Under the pieces are notes generated by a model. It was not told the DNA's origin, searched no databases, and saw only the letters and a list, made by a program, of their open reading frames with translations. A stretch of 64,000 nucleotides of DNA from Klebsormidium nitens (lineage: Eukaryota > Plantae > Klebsormidiophyceae), in contig DF237045.1 in NCBI GenBank assembly GCA_000708835.1, positions 1 through 64,000 of the forward strand. The letters run 5' to 3'. This document shows, piece by piece, positions 35,369 through 46,623 of the stretch. Every line of letters starts with the position of its first letter. Position 1 is the stretch's first letter. The position numbers were made by a program, and so were the translations under genes.

Positions 35369-36067
35369 CACTGTAAAACCGTAATGGAGCTATGGTCTAA
35401 AGATCAATGAGACCTACATTATCGCCGAGCCGCCGCGGCGAGTCGGGTTGTTTTAGCTAACTTCTCCGACACTATTGACACCGGACTGCAGCTTACTGTG
35501 GCCCGGCGGATTGAATGGTTTGCTGTATGTGTATACGATATTGCTGGTTGGTACTGCAAACTCAATATAAGTACGAGAACGCGGACACTATTGAGCCAGC
35601 GTTCTTATACAAAGCATGCCGTTACTGAGCAGGTGATTATGTTGAATAGGCCATGATTTAGTGGTGTTGTGCAAGATTCTAAGTGCTCGCGTCATGGCAA
35701 TTTGGAAAGGTTAAGACCCTCCAAAAGCGTCCCCATTCCCCGGTCGAAGCAGGTTGAAACTTCGAGCAAACGGACGGTCCAAGCTAGTGCTGCCAGTACG
35801 CGTCTATCAGACTCGCCTCGGAGCTGGTACCTACCGTATTATTGATCCTTCAAAATCGAGATCATATAGCACACGATGACAACTAAGATGCTTTCGCAAG
35901 GCTACTTTTTGTCGGCAGGAAATGATTCGATCCAGTCTTCAGCAAATTATGTACAACGTACGCTCTGTCTTCTAAGTTCTGCTACGGAATTCTAGCTCAG
36001 AGTTAGTAGGTGCAAGTTGCTGCTAGTAGGCTTACAGCGCCGGCACGGGGAGTGGAGGTGCCAATGC

Positions 36068-36217
36068 TTAGAAGGAGAAGGCGAGACGAATTGGGATACT
36101 AGTGGGAGTGAACTGGATAACTCGGATTCTGCCAGCACCCGTGGCGCCGGAGAAGAGGCCGGTGCCGCCAACAACGGCCACATCCGTCGTGACGTTCGTC
36201 AAGCTGGTGGCGGGGCC
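36068..36217 (-). CDS. Terminal exon of an allene oxide cyclase/dirigent-like beta-barrel protein; upstream exons not found
   Basis: A pyrimidine tract and CAG acceptor precede GPATSLTNVTTDVAVVGGTGLFSGATGAGRIRVIQFTPTSIPIRLAFSF*. AVVGGTGxFxGAxG matches the AOC (LAITGGSGIFEGAYG) and dirigent (VVGGTGxF) motif. Confidence 0.6.
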   Translation of the reverse strand, partial: GPATSLTNVTTDVAVVGGTGLFSGATGAGRIRVIQFTPTSIPIRLAFSF

Positions 36218-37943
36218 CTGTCGATGGGAGGAAGAACATCGAAGTAAAGAAAAGTAACAATAAGCCGAGTTGATTAATATTAGGGTAACCCCTTGTTTAT
36301 TGCCCCAAAACAGCCGCTGACGCAGCGCTGACGTCATTGCACAGCCTGTTGATGCAGCGCTGATCATTGCAGGCAGCCCTGGCGCCCCCCGATGCTTGGA
36401 GGTGCAGCCTGCCAGGCCCCCACGTGCTCTCAACCTCTAGATCTTATCAGCCGGTCTGCACCAACCAGCCAGGTATAATGGCTGCCAGTTGCTCCCTCAA
36501 AATCAGCCTTGCCAGCAGCCACTAAATGTTGCAGCTGCATGGACAGAATCCTTGGCGCCATCACCACCTGCGCGCACCAAATGCTTGCGCTGCGCTGAAC
36601 CCGTCCTGATTACGTCTAGCAATGTGCAACGGGTGTGAACCTTTTGTAAGTATGATTGCAAGCTTTGTGTTGGTACGTCGCAGCGGACGGTTGCTACATA
36701 TGCTCACATGCTTGTTGATATCGTTGTGCTTATACAAGAGCAACCGTGTGCTGCTCAGGGAACCTTCTGCTTCGACGCTAGATGAAGACAGAGGCAACTT
36801 ATGCAATGGCGCCAGAGCGCCCTACTCTATAACCAGCAACTTACAAAAGGTTGCCTAGGCAACCTTGCAGTCGAGGATATATATGTCCTGGACTCATCAA
36901 GACTAGCAACTAGAGTGGGCCAAAATATGTCCGTGTGCATACGCTATATGCCTATATGATGTCCATACGCTATGCGCTCAACCCGGATCCGCCTGGAGCT
37001 TATCGAGCATGACATTGGTGCAGCATGGCCTGGCAACCGGCAACCACAAACTTCGCTCAATAGTGCTTCATGTATCTATTGAAGAATGTCAAGACAATCT
37101 ATGACTAAGATTAGACTGTACAAAATCTATGCGGCCGGGCTATCTTGGCCACCCAACTCTCCTTTCGGCTGGGTCTGCTATCAAGCCATCTTACTTGACA
37201 AATATGTTCAACTTTTCGCTTAGTCAACACACCTGCTTTACCGTGTCTTCCGACCGCAAATCACCTCTCCACACGCGTTGCTTTGCATCCAACGACTGCC
37301 GTAAGAAGCTTCAACAATGACGGCGCTTGAAACAACAACCCTCTTGACCATTTTCGCTCAACGCTGACCGTCACCCTTTTCAACGTTATGACTGCTCCCT
37401 CGACGCAGACTACACTATCCCACGGGCAACTCGCTCTGGATGGGTAAGGTCGTCAGCGATCAGCTTGTCCACTGCAATACCGCCTCAGGACGGAACCGGA
37501 ACGTGCAAGAACCCCGACAGCGCGGATCAGAACGCGCCCCTCCGTCCGATATACTACCGAGCACAGTCAGAGATTGTTGAGGAGCCCGCTAACTTCCCCG
37601 GCAAACACGTGTTGGCTTACGGATCATGTTTCCGCTCTGCTCTAGTTGCCCCCCGCCTCGTCCCAGACTAGACAGAAAAGCCCGGTTGACGTCCAAACGC
37701 CTAGACGCGTTCTGTCAAACGGCGCCCCCACAACTCACAAACGTCCCTCCGTAATTCTCTCAACCTGCGCCTAAGGGCTTCGTTTTGACCGTCTCCATCA
37801 ATCACTACATCCCATTTGGAACCGAGGCCACCCCTACAAGAGAAGCGCCGTCATGCAAGCAACAACCTGTACCATTCCGGTCTTACCCGTCAAATTCCGC
37901 TTTCCCCGATCCAATATCTTGAGCCTTCTTCAGCCTTCTCGAT

Positions 37944-40900
37944 TTAAAGCGCCGCCCTGCCGTCTACAATATCCACCGTTCCAGTTCCGAGCGCCCTTCC
38001 GCTCCTCAGCGTTCCGTTTCCGCTGTCCCCGAGCCGCGCCACCGGACTCCTCGTCGCAGCCTCGAGGTCCGCCGCCAGACGCGCCGCCTGCCGCTCGAAC
38101 AACATCCGCGCAAACTTGCGCGTCGCATACCTTACCCCGGGCAGTAACTCGTTCACTACCGGCCACACTTCCCGCGCGAACTGCGCTGTTTCGCGGGGCG
38201 ACCGCTCCTCCTGTAACGTGGGCTGCAGAAGCGCCCACAAGCGTTTCGACGTGCTGAGCGCCTTCAGGTCCTCGGCGGTCAGTCCGGCGGTGGGTACCGA
38301 GCTGTTGGAACCGAACAGGTAGCCCGGCAGCGGGAGGGGCCACGTGCCCGGTTCGGGGACACGTGGCACGGGGAGGCCCAGCCGGTTGGCGAGAACTGCC
38401 CCCGGAAGAGAGGCCGGAACGGCCACGCGCAGCCAGAACTCGGCGATGGCGCCCCGGGAAAGAGCATCGGTGGCGCGTACCAATTCTGCAAAAGGAGAAG
38501 CAGGTGGGTTTGGCGTTTGGAACCAGAACTCTGTCAGCAGCGGTAGCAACTCTTTGTGTAAGGTGCAGCAGGCCAGTGGCCCGTAGCAGACAGACAAAAA
38601 ACTGCCGTCGAACGGGGTAACTGATTGGACTCGCTGCATGTGAACCGACGGTAACTCCTTATCGAATCCGCCTCCGAAAAGCAAGGCTGAAGCGGTGGAG
38701 CCGTCTGGCATGAATCCCTTGCATCTCGCAGCCAAAACAACTCTCAAATTTCATGATGACACATCGAAAGTACAAAAAGTGAGCTTTTCACGGCTGCAAA
38801 GTCCATTGACCCGAAACAGCAATCTTGTCATTGAAGCTCGCAGAGCCGCAACTCATTGAAGCGAGAACTTCGTCCGTACCAAAAAGCAAGAGTCGCTGAA
38901 GGCAAAAAGGACTCTAACTCTTCCGGGTTTCGAAGAGTACCCGCCACGAACAAAAAGAGCCAATCGGCAAAAACAAACTCGTTGATATGCAACATATACC
39001 GCACCTGGAGAAGTCATAATCAGGACAAAAGTTCCCGACAAAACTTCCCTGGAAAAGAAAGCCCAGTGATGTGGCACAAAGTGCCAGCGTTAACTGCGAA
39101 CCTGTGAGCAGCATATACTGGACGAAACTTCCCAAAAAGAGGAAAGGCAATAGAGTAGCTCGAAAGGCCACGACCTACGGCGCACCTTGAAGCAGCAAAT
39201 CCTGGACGAAGCTGCCCTGCGGAGCGAACACGACGTTCAGTGCCTCCCGTGCGGCGGGATCCACGACCGCCGCCTTTTTCCGCTGCTCGGCGGCGGTCGT
39301 CGGCGGCCCGACGGGCAACATCAGCGCGCGGAATGTCTGCAAGAACGGAACGGAACAAATTTTGAAACCGTAACAGAACAAATGCAAGTCGCCATCTTTT
39401 TCCGCCGCTCGGCGGCAGGTCGGCGGCCCGACGGGCAACATCAGAGCGCGGAATGTCTGCAAGAACGGAATGGAACAGATTATGAAACCGTAACAGAACA
39501 AATGCGCGTCGCCGCCTCTTTCCGCTGCTCGGCGGTCGTCGGCGGCCCGACGGGCAACATCAGCGCGCGGAACGTCTGCAGAAACGGAACGGGGCGAAGT
39601 TAGAAACGCAACGGAACAAGACGTGAGCTGCCCTTTTGATCCGCTGCTCGGCAGCAGTCGTTGGGCGGATTAACGGAGCCGTGGCGCACGGAACGTCTGC
39701 AAGAACAAAAGGGAACCACTTTTGATGTCGCAACGGAAAGGTGCCAATTTCGCCATTCTTCCGCTGCTCGGGGGCGGGCAGTGGTCGACGGCCCTCAGCG
39801 CGACGTCTGCAAGAACGGAACGGAACGGACAATATTCGCATACACAACGGAACACAAAATGCGAATCAATCGTCGGCGGAGCGACGGGAGCCATCAGCGC
39901 ACGGAACGTCTGTAAGAACGGAATACGGAGCGGTACGGTCATGAGCTGTGCACTCTGTTGAGCTCCGCGCTCGACTACTTTCGTTTGCAGGGCTGGAGGC
40001 CCCTAGAAACCTGCCAGAAAATCCGGATCGAAGTTCCGACATGTAACTGGCCAGGCAACGTGCGGAACGCGTTGCAAGATTAGACAGGATCAACACCGCT
40101 GTGGAAGACAAACACCAGACGGCCTCGAAACTGCCGCGTTTTGACGAAGAAGGGTTTGAGACAAGACTTCGAAAGTATACAGCTCAAACGATGGGGAGGG
40201 TACGGGCCCTTGTCTTGGGGCTGTGCAATCCGCTGAACTTCTGTCTACAGTGGACTCCGAACCAAAGCAGAGCTACAGTAGTTTTTTCTCTCTTTTCGTG
40301 ATCTTCGTGAACATCCCCTCACCTGGAAACCTGCCGATATTTCCTCCACTCGCTCCACATTTAACTGGGCGCTCCGCCCGTAGAGGAAGTACCGGAGCGC
40401 TCTCCGCGCGCGCGGGCTGTCGTCCGTCAAAAGCCGTTTCGCCAAATACGGGTAGCACTCCTCCACGATTGCGTAATCGGGATCCGCCGCAAGCCCGATG
40501 CCTTCCAGCACACCGAACGCGCGCAGAATGAGCGCGAAGTATGGCGGGATGACGAACTGGATCTTCTCGGACATCCGTGACAAGTCGTCGGTCACCTGAG
40601 AAACAAAATATGTCTTCAGGTTAATAGTCTAGCTTTCTGGAAAAAAGTAGGCTGAGCAGCGCAGGAGTAAAGGGAGCGCTAGCTTATCGAAGTGTAAACA
40701 AATCGATCTGACTTGACTGGATGTGCTGGAAAGAAGCTGCTACTCAGGTGAATCCAACTTCATAAGGGCGAGAGACATGGAAACGGAAGCATGGATACGG
40801 ACAGATCCTCCCTACTAAGCGCTAACTCATGCGTCCCCTCCTTCAAATTCTGTGGTTATATTCTCGAACATGCTCTCAGAAACTCCACTTGACACGGAAA

Positions 40901-43900
40901 GGACTGGCTGTACTGAGGTATTCACATGAAACTCTGCGGAAGCTCTGAAGCCCTTTTTTAACAACTTTCTCGCCGTGTGACATCAACCCGTAACCCGCTT
41001 CCATCCGGCTCCGAAAACCCGGACCCTCATACAAGCAGACTCGGAAGAAGGGTTTACACAAGGGGAAACTTAGGAACCCCCATCGCAGAGCCCAACAGGA
41101 TAGCAGTCAGGCCCGTGCGCAGACCCTCGAAAATAAGCCCCCAAAGAGCAATTTCATGCCCCACCTGATTGATGTTAAGTTTCGCTGCCCCGCCGCCCTT
41201 CACCAGTTCCCCCAGCACCTTGCTCAGCGGCTCGACGATTGACGCAACGCTTTCGGGGTCGTCCATTTCGGGGGGGACAAATCCCAGGTGGACCAGGTCC
41301 CCCGCCACGGCCTCATAGTCGTTGTTGACGAGGTGGGAGATGTACTCAATGAGAGCGTACCGCTGGTCTACTGTCACCTGGAAAGACCAACGATGGTCAA
41401 CTTAGTGATGCATCTTTTACGTCAGCTTGGCGTCTTGCTTGACGGACACTCCTGGCGGAAGATCAATACCAAACCTCAAGGCCGCAAAAATTGGCTTGGC
41501 TTTCTTCGCGAAGCCTGAACTGTTCTATGGCCTGATACCGACGACATAAGACGTTTCCTAGGCAAGGACTGAAGTCGTCTTCCGCAGTTGTAGAACATGT
41601 ACAGAGAAGAAGACAAGGTTCTCTCCAATGCGCGGCAGTCTAGAAGCAAGTTAAACCGGAGCACTTCTTACAACAGAGTCCAAAATTGCATCAAACTCTA
41701 AAGCCTTTCCCAACTTGCCTTCCCATTGAAAACCATGTTTGAAAGGAGGCAGCTTACCTCAGTCATCAACCCGAAGTCCAAAACGCACAGCTTGCCGTCG
41801 GGAGTCCGGAGCAGATTGCCGGGGTGAGGGTCTGCAAAGAATGAGGATAAAAATCAGAAGAGCATGGTAAAAGCACTGTCTAGACCCCACGCGGGTTGTT
41901 TCTGGCTCAATCCTAGTTTCCAGAAGCTGTTGAAAGGCGCGGGTCACGCATGCGACACAGCAAGTCGACCACAAGCGGCTGGAACAAGCATCCAGGCTTT
42001 CAAGCAGACGCACTGCGGACGGTTCAATCATTCGAGTAAGACCGACATCATCTGCTCCACCAGATCGGGCCAGCCCAAAATCGGGATTCCCGCTTCAACC
42101 CTCAAGGGCAGGGACCGGATTAACGTCCGGAGACATAGTCAAGGCCCGCAGACCTAATTACCCCCTGAAACCTTGCTCATTGAGTGCAAAGCGCCGTAGC
42201 TACGAACGAGAGGGATGCCTCACCAGCGTGCAAGAAGCCGGACTCGAGCAGTTGGATGAGGTAGCAATTGAGCATGGTCGTCACGAGTGGTCCAACATCG
42301 ACGGCCCGGCTCTCCGACAGCTTCTCGCCCTCCACCCAAGCTGTAGTCAGGACCTGCCGCGAAACGGAATAGAGTTCTTCATGACTGACCTTCTAGCCTC
42401 CTAGTCACTGGCTCATTTTACCGCCTTGGCTAGATCAAAAGCCGGTGGACGTCAGAAACCACTTTGGGTATAAGTACAACTGTTAGCGCTTCTGCGATGC
42501 AATGTTCAGCGGAGTAAGTCGTCGACTCAAGACGTGCGAAGGCCACGAACTACGCCTATGTTTACTACGAGGAACAGACTTGTCGTCTTTATTGACAAAC
42601 GAATTCCACTCTGAGAGATAAAAGAAATGCCAGGTGAAACGGTGACTAGACTGACACGTGCGGACTTACTCGGCGGGAGGTGTACTCGGGGAAGACCTTG
42701 GGGACCGTAACATTGGCCAGCGCCGCCATGTCACGCTCGAAGCGAATGGCATTCCGCCCCTGCAGACACATGCGGGCAGGTCAGGAACTCGGCGCCACGA
42801 ATAGCTGAGTCTACCGCTGACAAAGTGACTATACATGCAACCAACGAAACAGCTAGACTGCAATATCAGGGCTTGACTGCATAGTCTTCGAAGCATTTAA
42901 AACCAACTCGTCTCAACGCAACGATTCGAGCTGGCGCGACGCCTCAGAAGCGAAGACCAATCTTCAAGTAAACAGCTTTGACACGCAGAAACTTAAGGGG
43001 CTTGACATTGAGGCGGAAACTCGGATGGTCGGTGCCTGGTTTCAAAGCGGATCCAAGTGCGTACCTCTTGCACGTAGTCCAACTCGTCGAAGAAGCGCCC
43101 AGCCCAGTTGTCAAGAACAGCCACAAGGTCACTGCAAGCAAGCAATGGCAAGATGAGCTTACACATTACGTGTCCTTTTGGGAAGCACATCGAGGGCAGA
43201 CCGTCAGGCTCCCCGAGATTAGAAGTGATAAATGATAGGTGCTAGTGACACTCTCTGCAAAACACTTTTCATTCCTTACTACACCAAAACTGAGAAACAC
43301 TGTGCTGCGTGATTCTGACAACCACGATCCAAAAGTCCAGCATCTCAAACCACCAACCCAAGGACTCTCAGCGCCCCCTTCTGAGTTGCAACTTTTTGAT
43401 GAAGCATAATGTATCCAAACACATTCTTGAAACCGAGGAGAAGAGACCCAGATTTGTCAATCCTACCTGTTTGCGATTTTCAGGTTCATTGCCGCTGCAG
43501 CCAATATCCGCAGCACATAGAGGTCCCTTGAGATCTCCTCCAACACCCCCGGCCGCTGCACTTTGACGGCCACCGTCTCTCCAGTTGCTCTCAACTTTCC
43601 CTTGTAAACCTGGCCCAAACTCGCTGCCGCAACGGGCTCGGGCGACAGTTCCGAAAACAGGGTTTCGGCAGGGTAACCTAACCCCTCCTCGATGAGTTTC
43701 CTTGCAGCCTCGTCACTGAAGGGAGGTACTCGGTCCTGTAAAGTTTGAAGTTCTTCCAGGTAGGCGAGGGGAAGGAGGTCGGGACGGATGCTCAGCGCCT
43801 GGCCGACTGCGCAAAATGAGCAATAAAATAATGTTGGTGTTTGAACCGGGTATGTCGTCAATTTTGGGTAGCTTATGCAGGATCCACTTGGGCTGACAAT

Positions 43901-45828
43901 GTCGAGAAAGACGCATAGAGCCTGGCCAACTCAGAGGGCCCTCTTCTCACACACACTTAGTGAAAGACAACTGTCAGACTTGTCCCGAGCAGCTTTTTGA
44001 GACAGGATAAAATAAGTGGCGCCACTCTAAAAGCAGTGACCACTAACAAGCTTCCGGAAAAGATATAGCCGGCGTGATGTCATGAAGCAGTGATTGATTG
44101 GACAAATCCAATCAAATTCCAAAATGAACCCATATCAAACCTATCCTTGTTCTGAGATGCATGGCTGTATGACTCGGCATGGCTGCATGGCACAAAAGAG
44201 CACAAGAGCACACGACTGCAACAGACGCACTGAGCAGGACCCCATTTTGACGTTCCCAGATAACTTCGGTGTAACGGAAAGTGAATAAAGACTCCACTGC
44301 CTGCCCAAGTCTATGGCGGCTGATGCATTGTGCATACAGGAAGGACCTACATGATCAATCTGATAGCGATGCGCAACAAGTTCCCTAAACCTCACAATGC
44401 CAAAGGCATCATCATCCAGTTCTTCTCTGGTTCCAGTCGGTAGATAGCTTCAATCAGGAACTTGAGGGCATGGAACATGCAAAGTTTTTGAAGGCGCCAA
44501 AATCACAATGCATGACCACTGTATTCAATCTGGGCGTCTAGTCCAATAACCCCCTTGAAAGCATGTTGTCTGGCCTTAGGGCATGCTGCTCTGTACTGAC
44601 ACCACTTGAATGCGCGTTGCATCACCCCACTTTAACATGCGGTCAAGATGGAACAACATTGCAAACTTTAACTACTGACTGATGATATTATCGGTCTGCT
44701 GTACATGTCCATACACCTCTCAGATGTATGATTAAAAGGCAAACTATGAGGACAAGCCCTGCGGCGTGAAAACAACCTTCCAGCTTGATGCTTTCAGTAC
44801 TAAGACACCCCAAGGTTGGTGAACCTCCGGGATAACAAGTAGGCATAGGACAGGAATCAAATGTGTTGCTTCTACACCCAAATAGAAAGTGACCAATGCT
44901 TTTTGTCCACCACAATCTATGCAAGACAAATGCAGCAGCGATTTGGCATGAACCTGTGAAAATAAAACACACCTTTGATCGCAGTCGGCCCCAGCTTGGT
45001 GATCAGCTCGCGGCATTGACGTGCCCTCAGCGGCTCATTCAGCTCCTTCTTCCCGCTTTGGATGTCTATGTAAATAGCCCCCACCAGCACTGATACCTGG
45101 CTCAAAATGCTCGCTGACCTCAGCATGACATCGACGGGCCGCTGCTCAAAGTAGGCTGCAATCGCCTTTGGATTGTAACGCTCTGGAAGTTCAACACCCG
45201 ACTTCATTCTATAAGCATTGGAAAGGGCGGCGGTTGTAAGAACAGTCCCAAGGGCAGTGAGGCCGACGGTTTGCAGGAAGGTCGGGTGCGGCAGATCTAA
45301 GGGGGGCAGTGAAGAAGCGAATGCGCGGAGGGAACTGACTGGACCTGCGACAGTGTTTGACAGCTCATCGACATGCAGGATTGATGCCAGGCGCCCACCG
45401 ACGTCCTGTAAGCTAGCTGCAGCTTCTTGTGCAATCATGACCGGTTCCTTTCCTGATGCGCTTTCAAATACTTTCCTTACAGCATTCCCTACATCCTGAG
45501 TCACATGCGCGCTTTGGTCTATCAAGTCTTGGGGAGATCTAATCTCCGACACTTTTACATGGCCTCCAAAAAGGGCCACGGTGGCAGATCTGTGCCGGTG
45601 CCGGATGCTGCTCCTACTGCGCCCATAGCTTATGCCCGGAGCCAAAGGGGCCAGAAAGGAGGAGTTTAAACCAAGCCTTGGGGCACTTCGCTTCCTGGCT
45701 TGGAGACCAGTGAAGGAAGTCTGTGCGCTAGACTCGGAAGTAGAAGGAGCTGCTTGCCCCTGCACTGCCACGGACGTGCGGAAGAAGGAACTCCCAGTGG
45801 CTGGCACTCCAGCTAAACAGGTCGCCAT
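37944..45828 (-). CDS. ABC1/UbiB atypical kinase, ABC1K6-like, plastid-targeted
   Basis: Transit-peptide-like N-terminus. Motifs [130 protein letters not shown]. About 10 exons, including 39186-39336 and 37944-38485. Confidence 0.95.
39186..39945 (-). repeat. Tandem array of six ~103-121 bp units, each an intron 3' end + AG acceptor + start of the ABC1K exon TFRALMLPVGPPT
   Basis: CAG/AC(G/A)T junctions preceded by pyrimidine tracts put exon starts at 39909, 39806, 39696, 39575, 39456 and 39336. Only the last continues as a complete 151-nt exon to a GT donor at 39185. Confidence 0.92.
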
Positions 45829-46623
45829 GTTAGCGAGCCTCCAAGCAAAGGTACGCCTGATCCCCAAACTGAAGGCGTCTGATCCCCGAATTAGAGACCA
45901 AACAATCCGACCACAACGAATTCAACAGCTCTAGCAGCGCACGAAGCGGGCAAGCTGCACAAGCTTCAGCAAGAGAATCATCAACTCCACCAACCAGCGT
46001 GCCAACCACTCTTCCTTGGCTAGCACCTTTTACTTAGCCTTAGGTGGTGGAATTGGCAGAGGAAGTGTGGAAGCACCTCTTAGCAAAGCAGCATGAGCAC
46101 CCTTCGACGTGGCAACTTGTGCGGGCTTCTTCGGGGCATGCAGCTTGCAATGCAAACCCTAATTTTGGAGTGCGAAACAAACCATTACCGGAGATACCCA
46201 TTACCGCGCTGCACGGTGACGTGGCCAAAAGATGGCCTTTTCTTTCAAGAATCAAAGCACTTTTCGTGTTGGTCGAATGGTTCTGCGTGCACTTTTTCAA
46301 GGGCTTCAATCTGCTTCAATCCTTCCTTTTCGCAACTTTTGTGGCTTTTGTGGTGCTGGCAGGGTCTTCAAGTGTGTGAACAGGAAGGCAGGCAAGCTGG
46401 CGATGTGATGCTCTTATATACTGGATCATGGAGCCTGATGAGTCTTTGGTGCACAGTTGCTGAGGCTCCTACTTGGAGGCGGTGGATCGGGGGGTGAGCG
46501 ATGCTAGGATTTTGCAGCACTTTGTTGACAGGCAGCTCATCTCACCCGGCGTACGAGCTTCGCAGAAGTTTCTAGAACTTCAGTCGGCTTCACTGCAAGC
46601 GCGGTTTTTTGGGATCAAGAACA
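45829..46623. promoter_or_regulatory. Putative bidirectional promoter of ABC1K6-like and PPR-SMR
   Basis: ~795 bp between divergent ATGs; positional inference only. Confidence 0.45.

Noticed and set aside
39186-39945. CRISPR-like or ordinary minisatellite interpretation of the ~120-bp array
   Set aside because: No constant repeat with unique spacers and no cas genes; the units are degenerate copies of a eukaryotic intron-exon junction.
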